Origin: Lama glama
Lineage: Eukaryota
Length of the DNA: 64,000 bases
Assembly: GCA_028534125.1 (NCBI GenBank)
Contig: CM052818.1
Location: 7,318,001 to 7,382,000 of the forward strand
Reading direction: 5' to 3'
Made by a program: the position numbers and the translations under genes. This document shows, piece after piece, positions 53,401-64,000 of this stretch (position 1 is the stretch's first letter; every line of letters begins with the position of its first letter). Below the pieces are notes generated by a model. It did no database searches, was not told where the DNA came from, and was given only the letters and a program-made list of their open reading frames with translations.

Positions 53401-55949
53401 TTTAAATGCTTAATAACTAGAAGATCTCAGGGCTGTTCAGTAATCCCTATGTAAGCAATTTGCTAAATGTTACATAAAGTGAGGGAACTCCTGAAGATAC
53501 GCTAGGTGTGTATGCACATTGCAATACGGGCAGGCAGACAGACTTGGCCATTTATTTAGATGCTTTTTAGAGGTCTGAGCTTTGGGTTACACCCATGAAG
53601 AAACTACAGGTACTCTGCCTGCCAGAGCAGGTAGCTTGGTGCTGCCTTTATGCCAGACACTTCCAGCAGATTACCTGGCGTCCAGTCCCATCTTCTTCCT
53701 TATTTGAGGTGAGTGGCTACTGGCCAGCTAAAAAGCTCCATTCCCTAGAGTTCCTCGCTGTTCAAGGGAGTCATGTACTGTTCTGGCCAACGAGACTGAA
53801 ATGGAAGCCTTGTTGTTCCTCCTTTCTTATAGGAACATGGACATAATGAGGGCAGAAGCTACATGCTAATGATGGCAGAGCAGAAGTTAGGAGGAGTCTG
53901 ATTCTGCTTTAAAGGAACTGGTTAAACTTAATCCAAGATTTCTCCCCACCCCTTCTGCCTTAATACCCTACAGCAGGTATACACTTTGGAAGGTGCTGTA
54001 GGGGGCTGTGGGGAGCCCTTGGAGTTCTTTGGAAAAAATAATGTCAACAGATGCTTTAGAAAGATTTCTGAAAAGCATTGTACAACCTGGATCAACAATT
54101 GGGAAAGAGGGTGCTTCAGGAAAAAACTGGAGACAAGGAATCATTAGGTCAGGGGTTCCTTGACCTGGCCACATATCAGAATCCCTTGGAGATTAAAAAA
54201 AATCCCCAGCTTCACCTCTAAAGGTTCTGGCTCAGTAGGTGTGCCTTGAGCCTGGGAGTGTGTGTGTGTGTGTGTACACGCTCATGTGCTCACTTATGCA
54301 CCCTCCTAATGTAGAGCCTAGCAGTGAGAATTTATGAGTCCATGCTCATTGTGAGGATTATGACAGTCCTGTTTAAAGTTTATGAGACCAGTACTTGCAG
54401 AGAGGCAGCGGGATTGGAAAAGATGGGGAAGGATGCAATAAACAGTGAGGCAAGAATCTACGAGCCTTGGCAAGTGATTGAATGTGAGGGTGGCATAGAA
54501 CAGGGAGGAATTCAGAGAGGTTTCACGCCTGGGTCACTGGGGAGAATGATGGTATCACTAAGGGAGGTTGAAAGTTAGAGGGCAAGAAAGTACTTTGAGG
54601 GAAGAGGGTGCTCTGATCTTGGATGTGTTTAGGTTGAGATGCCAACGTATGTGAAGGCCTACCAGGCAGTTGGAAATGCAGGTTTCAAATGCAAGAGAAC
54701 AAAGGGATCTAGATCTACAGAGAGATGGCAGTTACAACTCTGGGGATAGCTCAGTGTCCTAAGGGATGAAGTCTAAAGAGGGGATAGTCAAGGACAGAAC
54801 TGTGGAAAAGCTTACATTCCAGGTTCGTGCCCTTGGGTTCAGCAGGGATGGTCAGAGGAGCAAAACAGTCAAGGACTGTATTATGAACGTAGGGGAGGAA
54901 CACCTCTAGACGAGTGCATTGGGCCAGGGGCCAGATCTTGTAGCAGACAGTGGCACTGCAGGCTTTAGGCTGACTCTCGGCTCCACTTCTTAGTTACATG
55001 GTGTCCTTGAGCAAGTTTACTTAACCTCTCAGAGCCTCAGTTTCCTCATGTATGAAATGAGGGTTACATTGCCTCCATGCTATAGGTAAATGCCTAATGT
55101 AATGTACAGACAAAATCAGTGAAAAAAGAGAAATACTTGACTGTAATTCTATCATCTTAAAAATTGACTCTTTTTATTGTAATAGTTCCATTTTAGTCCT
55201 TGATCACATGCATATATGTTTACATAGCAATCCATCACTACAATTTTGAAGTGTGCTTCTCAATTTAGCACTATACCCTAAGAATTTCCTCTCATGTTAA
55301 TTTTCTTAATATCATTTTATTTACTCAACAGTTTTCCTATCAGTGGATATTTAAGTGATTTCCAATGTTGTTTTTTGCTTTATTTTAAATGATGATCTAA
55401 TTAAACAGTATTATAGCCCTTTAATTTTTCAGCCCTTTAATTTTTATAAATTACTTCCTCTTGGATGAACTGTCAGCAGCAGAATTATTGTGTCAAAGGG
55501 TATGAACAGTGAATGATTTTCAAAATATTTTGCTGAATGGCTTTACAAGTGTTCTATCAATTAACATAGTTTCTAAGGGTTCCACCTGTTAACAAAGTAT
55601 GAGTCTACCAGTCACCATATTCCTCACCAGAACTAGCAATCTCATTATTTTATATTTTTGCCAGCATAATATGAACTGACTGGCAGAAAACAAGGTTCAT
55701 TGTTGCTTAATTTGTGTTTTGATGGCAATTGAGGCTAAAGATTGAGAATTTTTCCCACATGCTCCTTTTACTAATTGCATCTATTCTCAGAGAAGTCCTG
55801 TTGATAATTGTATAAAGGTAAACTTGTTGATCACACATTTGCTCACTTTTAAAAATGAAAGGCTTATGGAAGTCGCCCTTGAAATGTTGGAAGAAAACAA
55901 GGGGTTGGGTAGGATATGCTGTCAGTCAAGGTCCGGTTTGAAGACAGGG

Positions 55950-56270
55950 CCTTTAAAGAGGTGATTAAGTTAAAATGAGGCCATTGGAGTGGGCCCTAAT
56001 CCAGTCTGACTAGTGTCCTCATAAGAAGAGAAAATGTCGACACAAAAAGAGATACCAGGGATGTGCGTGCACAGAGAATGGACCGTGTGAGGATACTGCA
56101 AGGAGGCAGACATCTGCAAGCCAAGGAGAGAGGTCCCAGGAGAAACCAGACCTGCTGACACCTTGATCTTGGATTTCTCAGCCTCCGAAACTGTGAGAAA
56201 ATAAATTTCTGTTGTTTAAGCTGCCCAGTCTGGGGTATTTTGTTACGGCGGCTCTTGCAGACTAATACAC
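55950..56270 (+). mobile_element. MaLR LTR (MLT1A/B-like)
   Basis: gggcctttaaagaggtgattaagttaaaatgagg...gggccctaatccagtctgact...cagcctccgaaactgtgagaaaataaatttctgttgtttaag...gactaataca. Confidence 0.85.
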
Positions 56271-57385
56271 CTACCACTTGGCGAGGGTCCTCCATCAACA
56301 ATGGAAAAGATGACTTCCTGTGGCTGGGACCTTTGCTGAACTTCATCCCCTGCCTGATAGATTCCTTCAACAACAGCCCAGGACACTTGTAAGCCCCTCC
56401 GCAACAGAGGGTCCTTGGTCCCGAGAGGGGTGAGGATGGTGTGCAAAGGAAGACCCAGCAGAGGAACTGAGGTGGGGCTGGGTCAGGGGAAAGCCTTCTG
56501 GGTACAGGTGCAGAGGTTCCTCTTGGTGGGCAGAGCTGCGTCTCTGTAGATAATGATTAACCTGATTGTGAGGCTGTCCGAGCTCCTGGGCGACAAGGGA
56601 AATTTGTTTTTCTCTCACTGAGCACAGGATTCAAAAGTTGGCTTGTGTAACCAGACTCAGGGTGGCCGGGAGGAGCCCATTACGAAATGGCCAGTGACCA
56701 GCAGGGCTCTTGGGCAGCACTGTCCACTGAGAGACCCATGGGTGTGCCTTCCTGAGGAGTCCCAGGAAGCTTGGGTAGAGGAGCCAGTGAGAGGCTGACT
56801 CCCTGGGGGATGTGGTTCAAGGGCTCAGATAGTGTCTTTGGGGCACCAAAGGGAAGAGTGACCTCTGAGTGTGGGGAAGTGAGGGGCATCAGGTGAAAAG
56901 AGAGGTTTCCTTGTGGCCTCACTTTGCTCTGAGCCTCAGCTCCACAGCAACTTCATCCTTGGAGATTTCAGATCTGGATTTGGTGCTCGAAGTGAAAAAT
57001 AAACGATGAGATTGTATATGTTGGAGCAAAGGGAAGCCCATGGGTAATGAGAGGAAGAAACACATTCCTCCCTTTCTTCTTTTTTAACTTAAGTCAAAAC
57101 AACAGTCGCACATATGAGTGTGTGTGTGTGCATGCGTTCGCACGTACATGCCTGGGGCTGAAGTCTTTTGTGGCTATTTCTCAAACTCTAGGAGAGGCAC
57201 AGTGAGGGATGGGAACACAGCCTCCTACTTCCAGCTAAACCCCAACTTCTTTGCCTGGTAAGTGGAGAGGTTGGATTAAATGATTGCAAAATATTATAAT
57301 TCTAGGATTTGTAATTTTACTTAGGTTCTTACAGGTGTTCAAACCCTACTTATCACTGTGTTCCTTGTCCTGAAGGTTAAATGGC

Positions 57386-57545
57386 TGTGTGTGTGTGTGT
57401 GTGTGTAGTGTGGGTGGTGTATATGTACGGTGTGCATATGTGTTGTGTGTATGTGGCACGTGTGCAATGTGTATGTTTTGGGTGTGCTGTGTGTCGTGTG
57501 TGTTGTGCGTATAGTATGTGTGTGTTTGCTGTGTCCTGCTGTCCA
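57386..57545. repeat. Degenerate (GT)n simple repeat
   Basis: Read directly. Confidence 0.85.
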
Positions 57546-57835
57546 GAGCTACCCACCACATGGCCCCATTTATGCTGGATTTCCGGATCCTTCAGAAGCC
57601 CTGTCTCCCACACCCAGCCAAATAAGCAAGAACACATGTGAAAAGCCTTTCTTATTCCGGTGCCTCTTGAGATGCAGCCAAACAGCTGGAATTACATGCT
57701 TTGTAAAGAACCAGGGACGTGGCATGGCAATAAGAAATATAGTTTTTATTTGGAAACCAGGTTCCTTTTCCCAAAACTGAGAGGGCCTGAGGGGGTCAGA
57801 GTGGGTAGAGGCTGGACTGCCCCTTGCCAGCAGTT

Positions 57836-57871
<36 letters not shown>

Positions 57872-58261
57872 CGGGTATCTTTCATTAAAATCTCTGTCTT
57901 CCCTAGTGTTCCCCCATTTATACGTGCATTTGCATTTCAGGCTTCAATTTAAAAGTCAGCCACTTCTTTCCTCTGCATTCCTTTCTCTAGTTCTGTTGTT
58001 CTTCATTCATCTCTCCAGCCCCCCTGCTTCCTCTTTTGCCTGGGAACAGTCCATCAAGCTCCTTGTGACAGCAGCTCAGCGCTCTTAATCTGCTACGTGG
58101 TGGGGGGCCCAGATGAAAGCGGGGAAGACTGGAATGCTGTGTAATTGCTAGGAACTGGGCCTCAGAATCTTTAACACTTCCACCTTCTTGGTTACTGGAA
58201 GGTTTCCTCTTGATTCTGGGGATGAACAGGGCTACCAGGGTCCAGATCACCATTCCACATC

Positions 58262-58870
58262 TGTTCCAGTCATGTATTGCTGCTTAGCAAATCACCCCAA
58301 AGTAAGTGGCTTGAAATAGCAATCGCTTACTTTGCTCATGAATCTGTGGTTTCGGCATGGCACTTGCTGGGGTGGCTCAGAGGTGAGGTGTGACTTGACA
58401 GTTGTGGGCTGGAGTCATCTGAAACTTACTTGCTCACATGTCTGCTGTTTATTGCTGGCTGTTGGCTGGGACTCTAGCCAGGACTGTCAGCTGGAACACC
58501 TTCCGGTGGCTTTTCTTTGTGACTGGTGTTTTCACAGCATGGTGGCTGGATTCCAAGAATGAATGTCTCAAGAGACAAGGTGGAAGTGCATGTTAATTTT
58601 ATGACTTAGTCTCAGAAGTCATTTAGTATCACTCTGTCATACTCTACTGGCCGAGGCAGTTACAAAATTCTGTCCAAGTCCAAGAAGGGGTGACATAGAC
58701 CCCACTGCACAATGGGAGAAAGGGTTCAGTGTCATTGTAAAAACAGCCAGTGTAGTATGTGTGTGCACATGGAGTATACCATGTACTCCATTGTAGTAAC
58801 GTAGTGTGTATGTATTAAGTGTACTGAACATGTGCTATGTTGTGGTAACTGTGTTTGGAAATTCAGTCTG
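58262..58870 (-). mobile_element. MaLR LTR (old MLT1)
   Basis: tattgctgcttagcaaatcaccccaaagtaagtggcttgaaa...cacagcatggtggctggattccaaga. Confidence 0.65.
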
Positions 58871-59009
58871 CTGCATCACTTTCCACATTCACCATCCCTT
58901 TTTTTTGCCTCTTATAGTCCCATTGGTTTAAATTTACAGACAGAGATGGAATTTGTAGTAAGGTTTGTGTTATCACATGAGTGTTAAAGCTTACGCTTTG
59001 CTTGAATCA

Positions 59010-59635
59010 TGTGGTAGGAAGAATGGCCTCCAGATGGACCCCAATATTTCTGCCTCCTGTTGTACAGGCCCTGGATAATCCCCCCCCCAAGTGTGGGGGA
59101 CCTGTGCTTATGATTGGATTTCACTGCAGTGATTAGGTTACATGAGATGGCAAAGGTGAAGGGATTTTGCAGATGAAATTAAGACCCCTAATCAGTTACT
59201 AAAATGGAGATTACCCTGGAGGGTGGACCTGACATAACCAGGTGAATCCTTTAAAGGAAAGTCAGATCTCTGTAGAGTGATCTCCCTGGCTTTGAAAAAG
59301 TAAGCTGCCATGTAGTGAAAAGGCCATGTGACTGCAATATGAGGATGTCCTCTAATTGCTGAGAGCAACCCCCAGACGACAGCCAGCAAGAAAACAGGAC
59401 CTCAGTCTTACAACTGCAAGAAAATTCAGCCAGCAACCTGGATGAACTTGGGAGAACTCCAGATGAGAACACAGCCCAGCTGATGTCTTGATTTCAGCTC
59501 TGTGAGACCCTGAGCGGAGAACCTTGCTAGTCCACATCCAGGTTCCCGACCAACAGAAACTATGAGATGATAAATGTGTGTTGTTTTAAGTCACTGAATT
59601 TGTGGTAATGTGTTCTGCAGCCATAGAAAAGTCAC
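59010..59635 (+). mobile_element. MaLR LTR (MLT1D/E-like)
   Basis: tgtggtaggaagaatggcc...gattttgcagatgaaattaag...ccaacagaaactatgagatgataaatgtgtgttgttttaag. Confidence 0.8.
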
Positions 59636-61361
59636 ACAAGTCATAACCATGAGCTCCACTGGCAAGAAAACCTTATCAAGTAGGTAATTGGAGAAACATG
59701 CACAGATCCAGTGGCAAGACTGTGCACATGCTCTAAGGCTCAGCTCAGATGTCACCTCCTTTAAGATCTTCATGGATTCCCTTCAGCTAGAAGTAATCTC
59801 TTGCATCTGAAATCCTATAGCTTGTTTATTCCTCTTTTGTGGTACTTCTCATATTCTGTTTGTATTTACCAGTTTACATGTTTTGACTCCCTGACTGGAT
59901 CGTAAGGTCCTCCCAATGGAAACTGTGTCCTGCTTTTTGGCAACAAGGTACTTAGCATAGTTCTTTGTGTATCAACAAATGTTTTTGATAATTTATTAGG
60001 TAATTTCCTCAATGGCAGAACTTCAACTTTTATTTGTTGAGACAGTTTAAGAGTACATTTTGAAATAAGGAAATTCAAGAAATTGTATTCACTATTGTTT
60101 TAAGGCTGTTAGTTTAAAATATCAAAACTAGACAAGCATTCTGGCCCTCGCTTGCAGTTTCTGTCATTTGAGATTCTGAAATTAAGGCTCTGAATGTTCA
60201 TCGAATAGACTCTGGTTCCCAGACTCTGAAACTCTTTGCCAAGACAGAATCACAGATCTATCTGAGTAATCCTTATTTTTATCCTGAAAATGGAGAAAAA
60301 GACTCCCTAAACCACTAGGACCAGCTGCTGTTTAACTATTACCTCTAGAATCAGGACCATCATGTTCATAAAGGTAGGGATGAAATTTCTTCTTGGAGCA
60401 CTAAATACAACAGGTAGATTTTAGAATTTAGTTTTGGGACACTGAACATAGAGGAAGCAGAAGGGTCAAAGGAGGCAAAAAAAGTCATGCTGTCAGGATG
60501 GCAAAACTTTTCTAGCAAAAGAAGCCAACAGCTCCTGGAAGCTGGTTGATTTGAGCCCCAGGAGGCCCCTCATGTCTTGGGATGTGAGGACCTGAACACA
60601 GCAGGGAACTGTTTTTGGCAAGCTGTTTATTGATAACAAAAAGCATTGCCATTAATAATCTTTCTTGTAGCTCTTATAAAAATAGAATTATAGTACTGTA
60701 AGGGGTTCTTTTGGACTTGCGAGCTTTAGGGGAGTGCTAGCTGATTACTCTGGGCTCAGGAACACCTTTGGAGACTTCCAGATCTGGGCCTTATAAAAAT
60801 AGTAAATAGAAACACCGCATTTATGTTGCTCCTGCAAACTGGCAGAGAGTTTCATATACATTATGTCACTACACATGGAGTAGGCAAAAGTTGTCCTCTC
60901 CTAACTTGGGCTACCAGGGCAGGTGAACGTCAGGGACCATGACTGCTAGGACCTCAAATGGCATCAAGTTTGTTTGGAAATTAAGAGTGTGTGTCCTGTT
61001 CTGGTTGCCAGTCTCACAAATCCCCAGATATCTGGAGCTGAAAGATCAGATCACTACTAGTTAGCATCAAGATGGTGTTAAAGGCCTGAGTCAGAAATTA
61101 ATCACACCAGCTATTCTCTGGGTCACCCTGTGGTTATCCCCACAGTCAGTAATGAAACTGGATGTGACAGGTCCAGCTTTTACATTTCATATGGAGGACA
61201 AATAAGCATTTGTGGAATCTGCCGGGAATTATGTTCCAAGAGTCCTGCTATGGGATCTATGGTCTATTTGCTGTTTAGACTCTAGACAATCTTGGGCCTC
61301 ACTGGATATTCATCCTTATAAATGGCTCGCAAGTTAAATGTATTAGAGAAAAAGACTGCCG

Positions 61362-61363
<2 letters not shown>

Positions 61364-61415
<52 letters not shown>
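61364..61415. repeat. (GT)n microsatellite
   Basis: Read directly; similar shorter tracts at ~46692-46714 and ~57840-57870. Confidence 0.95.
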
Positions 61416-61417
<2 letters not shown>

Positions 61418-61744
61418 CTGGAAGGAGGTGGGACAGTGAGAAGCTAAGAAGAGAGCTGACATCTACCACTCCCTTGCTTGGTTGTTTTGGAAGAGGGGGT
61501 GACTAAGAAGAGAGAGTGTAGGATTTGGGGAGTAAGAAAGTTGGGATCAGTGACCTAGGCCCATCCACTTCTGCCCTAGTTTCACTGGGAGAGGTTTTAA
61601 AAAAATGCGCATCTCTAGACCAGCTCTAATTGAATCACAATCTCTGGGGTTGGGGCCCAGAAATCTGCATTTCAAACAATCAGGTAATTTTGATGCACTG
61701 GTTGGTTTGGAAACCACTGGAATAACAAAGAGACTGCAAATAAC

Positions 61745-61900
61745 AGCTTGAAGAGCATTGGACCAGGTGTCAGGGTCCTGGGTTTAAATTCTGCCACTAG
61801 CCTGCTGTGTGACCTTGGGAAACTTGCTTTACCTCTCTGGGTCTCAATTTCTTCATCTGTAAAATGGGTGGTGGATCAAATAAGTATTAACATTCCATCC
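61745..61900 (+). mobile_element. MIR
   Basis: ctgggtttaaattctgccactagcctgctgtgtgaccttggga...tttcttcatctgtaaaatggg. Confidence 0.75.
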
Positions 61901-62295
61901 AGCGCCCACATTATAATTCAAAGACTGTCTATGATAGAAATGTCTGGAGCACTTGGGGGTTTCTGTGAAGATGCAGGGAGGCCAGACAGTGGGAAGGAGG
62001 CAAGTGGGGAAAGGGTCTCATGCAAGGAGCCTCTCCATCAGGGAGGACTCTGGTTTTGTGGGGCTTGCCACTTATGTAATTTGAAGGGTCCTCTTTAAGA
62101 AAAAGAATATAAAATTACTTTTAAAATTAAGTAAAAAAGTGAATATTTACTTAGAGTGATAAAAGCAGTTACAACAAACTACATGTACATGTCTCTAGAT
62201 GAACATATGCATTCATTTCTCTGGGGTGTATAATTAAGCATAGTTAGTTTTTTCCTGTAATTTAATTCATTTAACACTTACACTGAACCCTTCTT

Positions 62296-62500
62296 TTTAA
62301 AATTTTTAAATTTATTTTTATTTTATTTTATTTTATTTTATTGAGTTATAGTCAGTTTTCAATGTTGTGTTGATGTCTGGTGTAGAGCACAATTTTTCAG
62401 TCATACATGAATATACACATATTCATTTTCACATTCTTTTTCACTGTGAGCTACCACAAGATCTTGCATATATTTCCCTATGCAATACAGTATAAACTTG
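62296..62500 (-). mobile_element. L1 3' end with TSD
   Basis: TSD tacactgaacccttctt (62279-62295) / tacactaaacccttctt (62501-62517). Confidence 0.88.
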
Positions 62501-63056
62501 TACACTAAACCCTTCTTGATACAGTTTTAAAAATCATGACTTGGGATTGGGCTAGAGGATAAAAGAAGTGTTGATTTTTGATGTGACAGTTATGATTCAC
62601 CTCCTCCCCTCTTGCCAAGGGCCGTGATGATTGCATCCCTATTTTATGAAAGTTTTTCCTGATGATTCCTCTCCCCTCCACCTTTTTTCTTTTGGCAACC
62701 AATAAAACATAAAACAGCAACCATGCACTCTAACCTTGAGAGATTGCATTGTGGTTGCTAACCTGGTTTCAGTGGGATACAACTTGCCAATACTCAGGGA
62801 CACCGCTTTCCGTGTTTTTCTCGGTGCATGGTTTCAGCCTAAGAGTCCTGGACAAGAGGACCCCCTCTGAAGCGTGCAGATTCCTTCAAGGGGCTAGAGT
62901 CTTAAGTCTGTAACCTTGGGAAGACTGCTGGAGTCAGGCTCCACTCTCAGAGAGTGGTGTATTGGTCCAGGTCTTGCAAGAGACAGATGCCAAGATGGGA
63001 GTAAATATTTGAGAATTTTATTAGTGGAATGATGTGTGTGAAAAAATGGGGAGGGA

Positions 63057-63205
63057 CTGGGGGAGAGTATAGCTTAAGTGGTAAAGTGTATGCTTAGCAC
63101 CCACGAGGTCCTGGGTCCAATCCCCAGTACCTCCTCCACACATAAATAAATGAATAAACCTAATTACCTCTCCCTCATAAAACAAACAAAACAAGCAAAA
63201 AAAAA
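63057..63205 (+). mobile_element. tRNA-Ala-derived SINE (vic-1-like) with perfect 16 bp TSD
   Basis: ggggagagtatagcttaagtggtaaagtgtatgcttagcacccacgaggtcctgggtccaatccccagtacctcc + A tail; TSD aaaaaatggggaggga (63041-63056 / 63206-63221). Confidence 0.92.
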
Positions 63206-64000
63206 AAAAAATGGGGAGGGATCCAGAAGAGGCTGGGAGAGCTGTCAGATAGTGATGGAGTTCTGACTCCAAGTGAGGGTGAGAAGAAAGGAAGGGTGGG
63301 GGGATGTGTTCTAGACTGCCATGAAATCCAGAGAAGTTTTGGCCAGACCAATGGGGGGCCATAGTTGGCTGTTAGAGGAGTCCCCTGTTTCTGTGTTATC
63401 CCTGCTGAGCTCAGCCATTGGCTGGAGGCAGCTCCTGGGAAGGTGGCCTGAGCATCAGTGTAGTGATGGATTTTGGAGCACTGCAGGCGGGGCCTTGGGC
63501 TACTTATGCTCCCTGTGAGGCGTTCTCATGGCCACCACAATGGGGAAGATGAACTTACTACAACAGATGTAGTCATGCTGCCAGGCAGTGTTGGGCACTC
63601 ATTTGAAGTTTGTGGTTATGAATTTAAAGTGAAAGCCATCTTTCCTTGGAAACTGTAATGCTCACATTTTAACACTTCATGAGTGCATGACTGAGCCCTA
63701 TGGCTCTAGTGGACAGTTGGTAACTCCCATTGTGAATGATTTTAAGGCAACATCAATGAGGCCAGTATTCCATAGGTGAAGTTTTGAGATCTTGACTTAC
63801 TTGTGTTCTGGATTGGTCCCAGAACTATTTGTGGAGACAAACTTCATTTCTTCTATTGTACTGCCCCAGCCCACCTTCAGACAGATGTGGGACTGTCATT
63901 GTTCGGGGGAGATAGTCATGGTCAGCTCTTTAATTCTCTTAGCAGGTGCCAACAGATAGCTTCTGACAAATTGATTTTTATAAATATTTTCCTGAAAGCA

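Noticed and set aside
57346..57780. Cys/Val- and His/Thr-rich ORFs
   Set aside because: Translations of a degenerate GT/CA repeat.
63059..63135. tRNA-Ala(AGC)-like sequences (also at ~28.4 kb and ~24.9 kb)
   Set aside because: Degenerate stems, a shared non-tRNA tail, polyA and TSDs identify them as SINEs, not tRNA genes.

Overview
Mammalian genomic DNA, most likely camelid, judged from tRNA-Ala-derived vic-1-like SINEs and lineage-type L1 3' ends; the species cannot be fixed from the sequence. The only protein-coding gene I can support is LGALSL (galectin-related protein, GRP/HSPC159) on the minus strand. It has 5 coding exons (39684-39649, 38871-38800, 38647-38559, 37888-37711, 35778-35635), 519 nt = 172 aa + stop, all introns GT-AG. 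It is preceded by a CpG-island promoter at ~38.9-40.4 kb and followed by a ~3 kb 3'UTR ending near AATAAA at 32602-32597. The flanks are intergenic and filled with L1, L2, MIR, MaLR/ERV LTRs, MER DNA transposons and microsatellites. The other ORFs in the track appear to be noise. The most unusual signal is in the distal 3'UTR: five perfect 7-9 bp inverted repeats in ~255 nt (two back-to-back), abutting a ~70 bp tandem duplication that doubles an overlapping miR-181 8mer + Pumilio element. Secondary signals are a same-orientation CTCF motif cluster near 9.5-11.8 kb, a dispersed 67 bp duplication touching the best CTCF site, and a well-preserved solo ERV LTR. All calls were made by eye; repeat family names and boundaries without TSDs are approximate.
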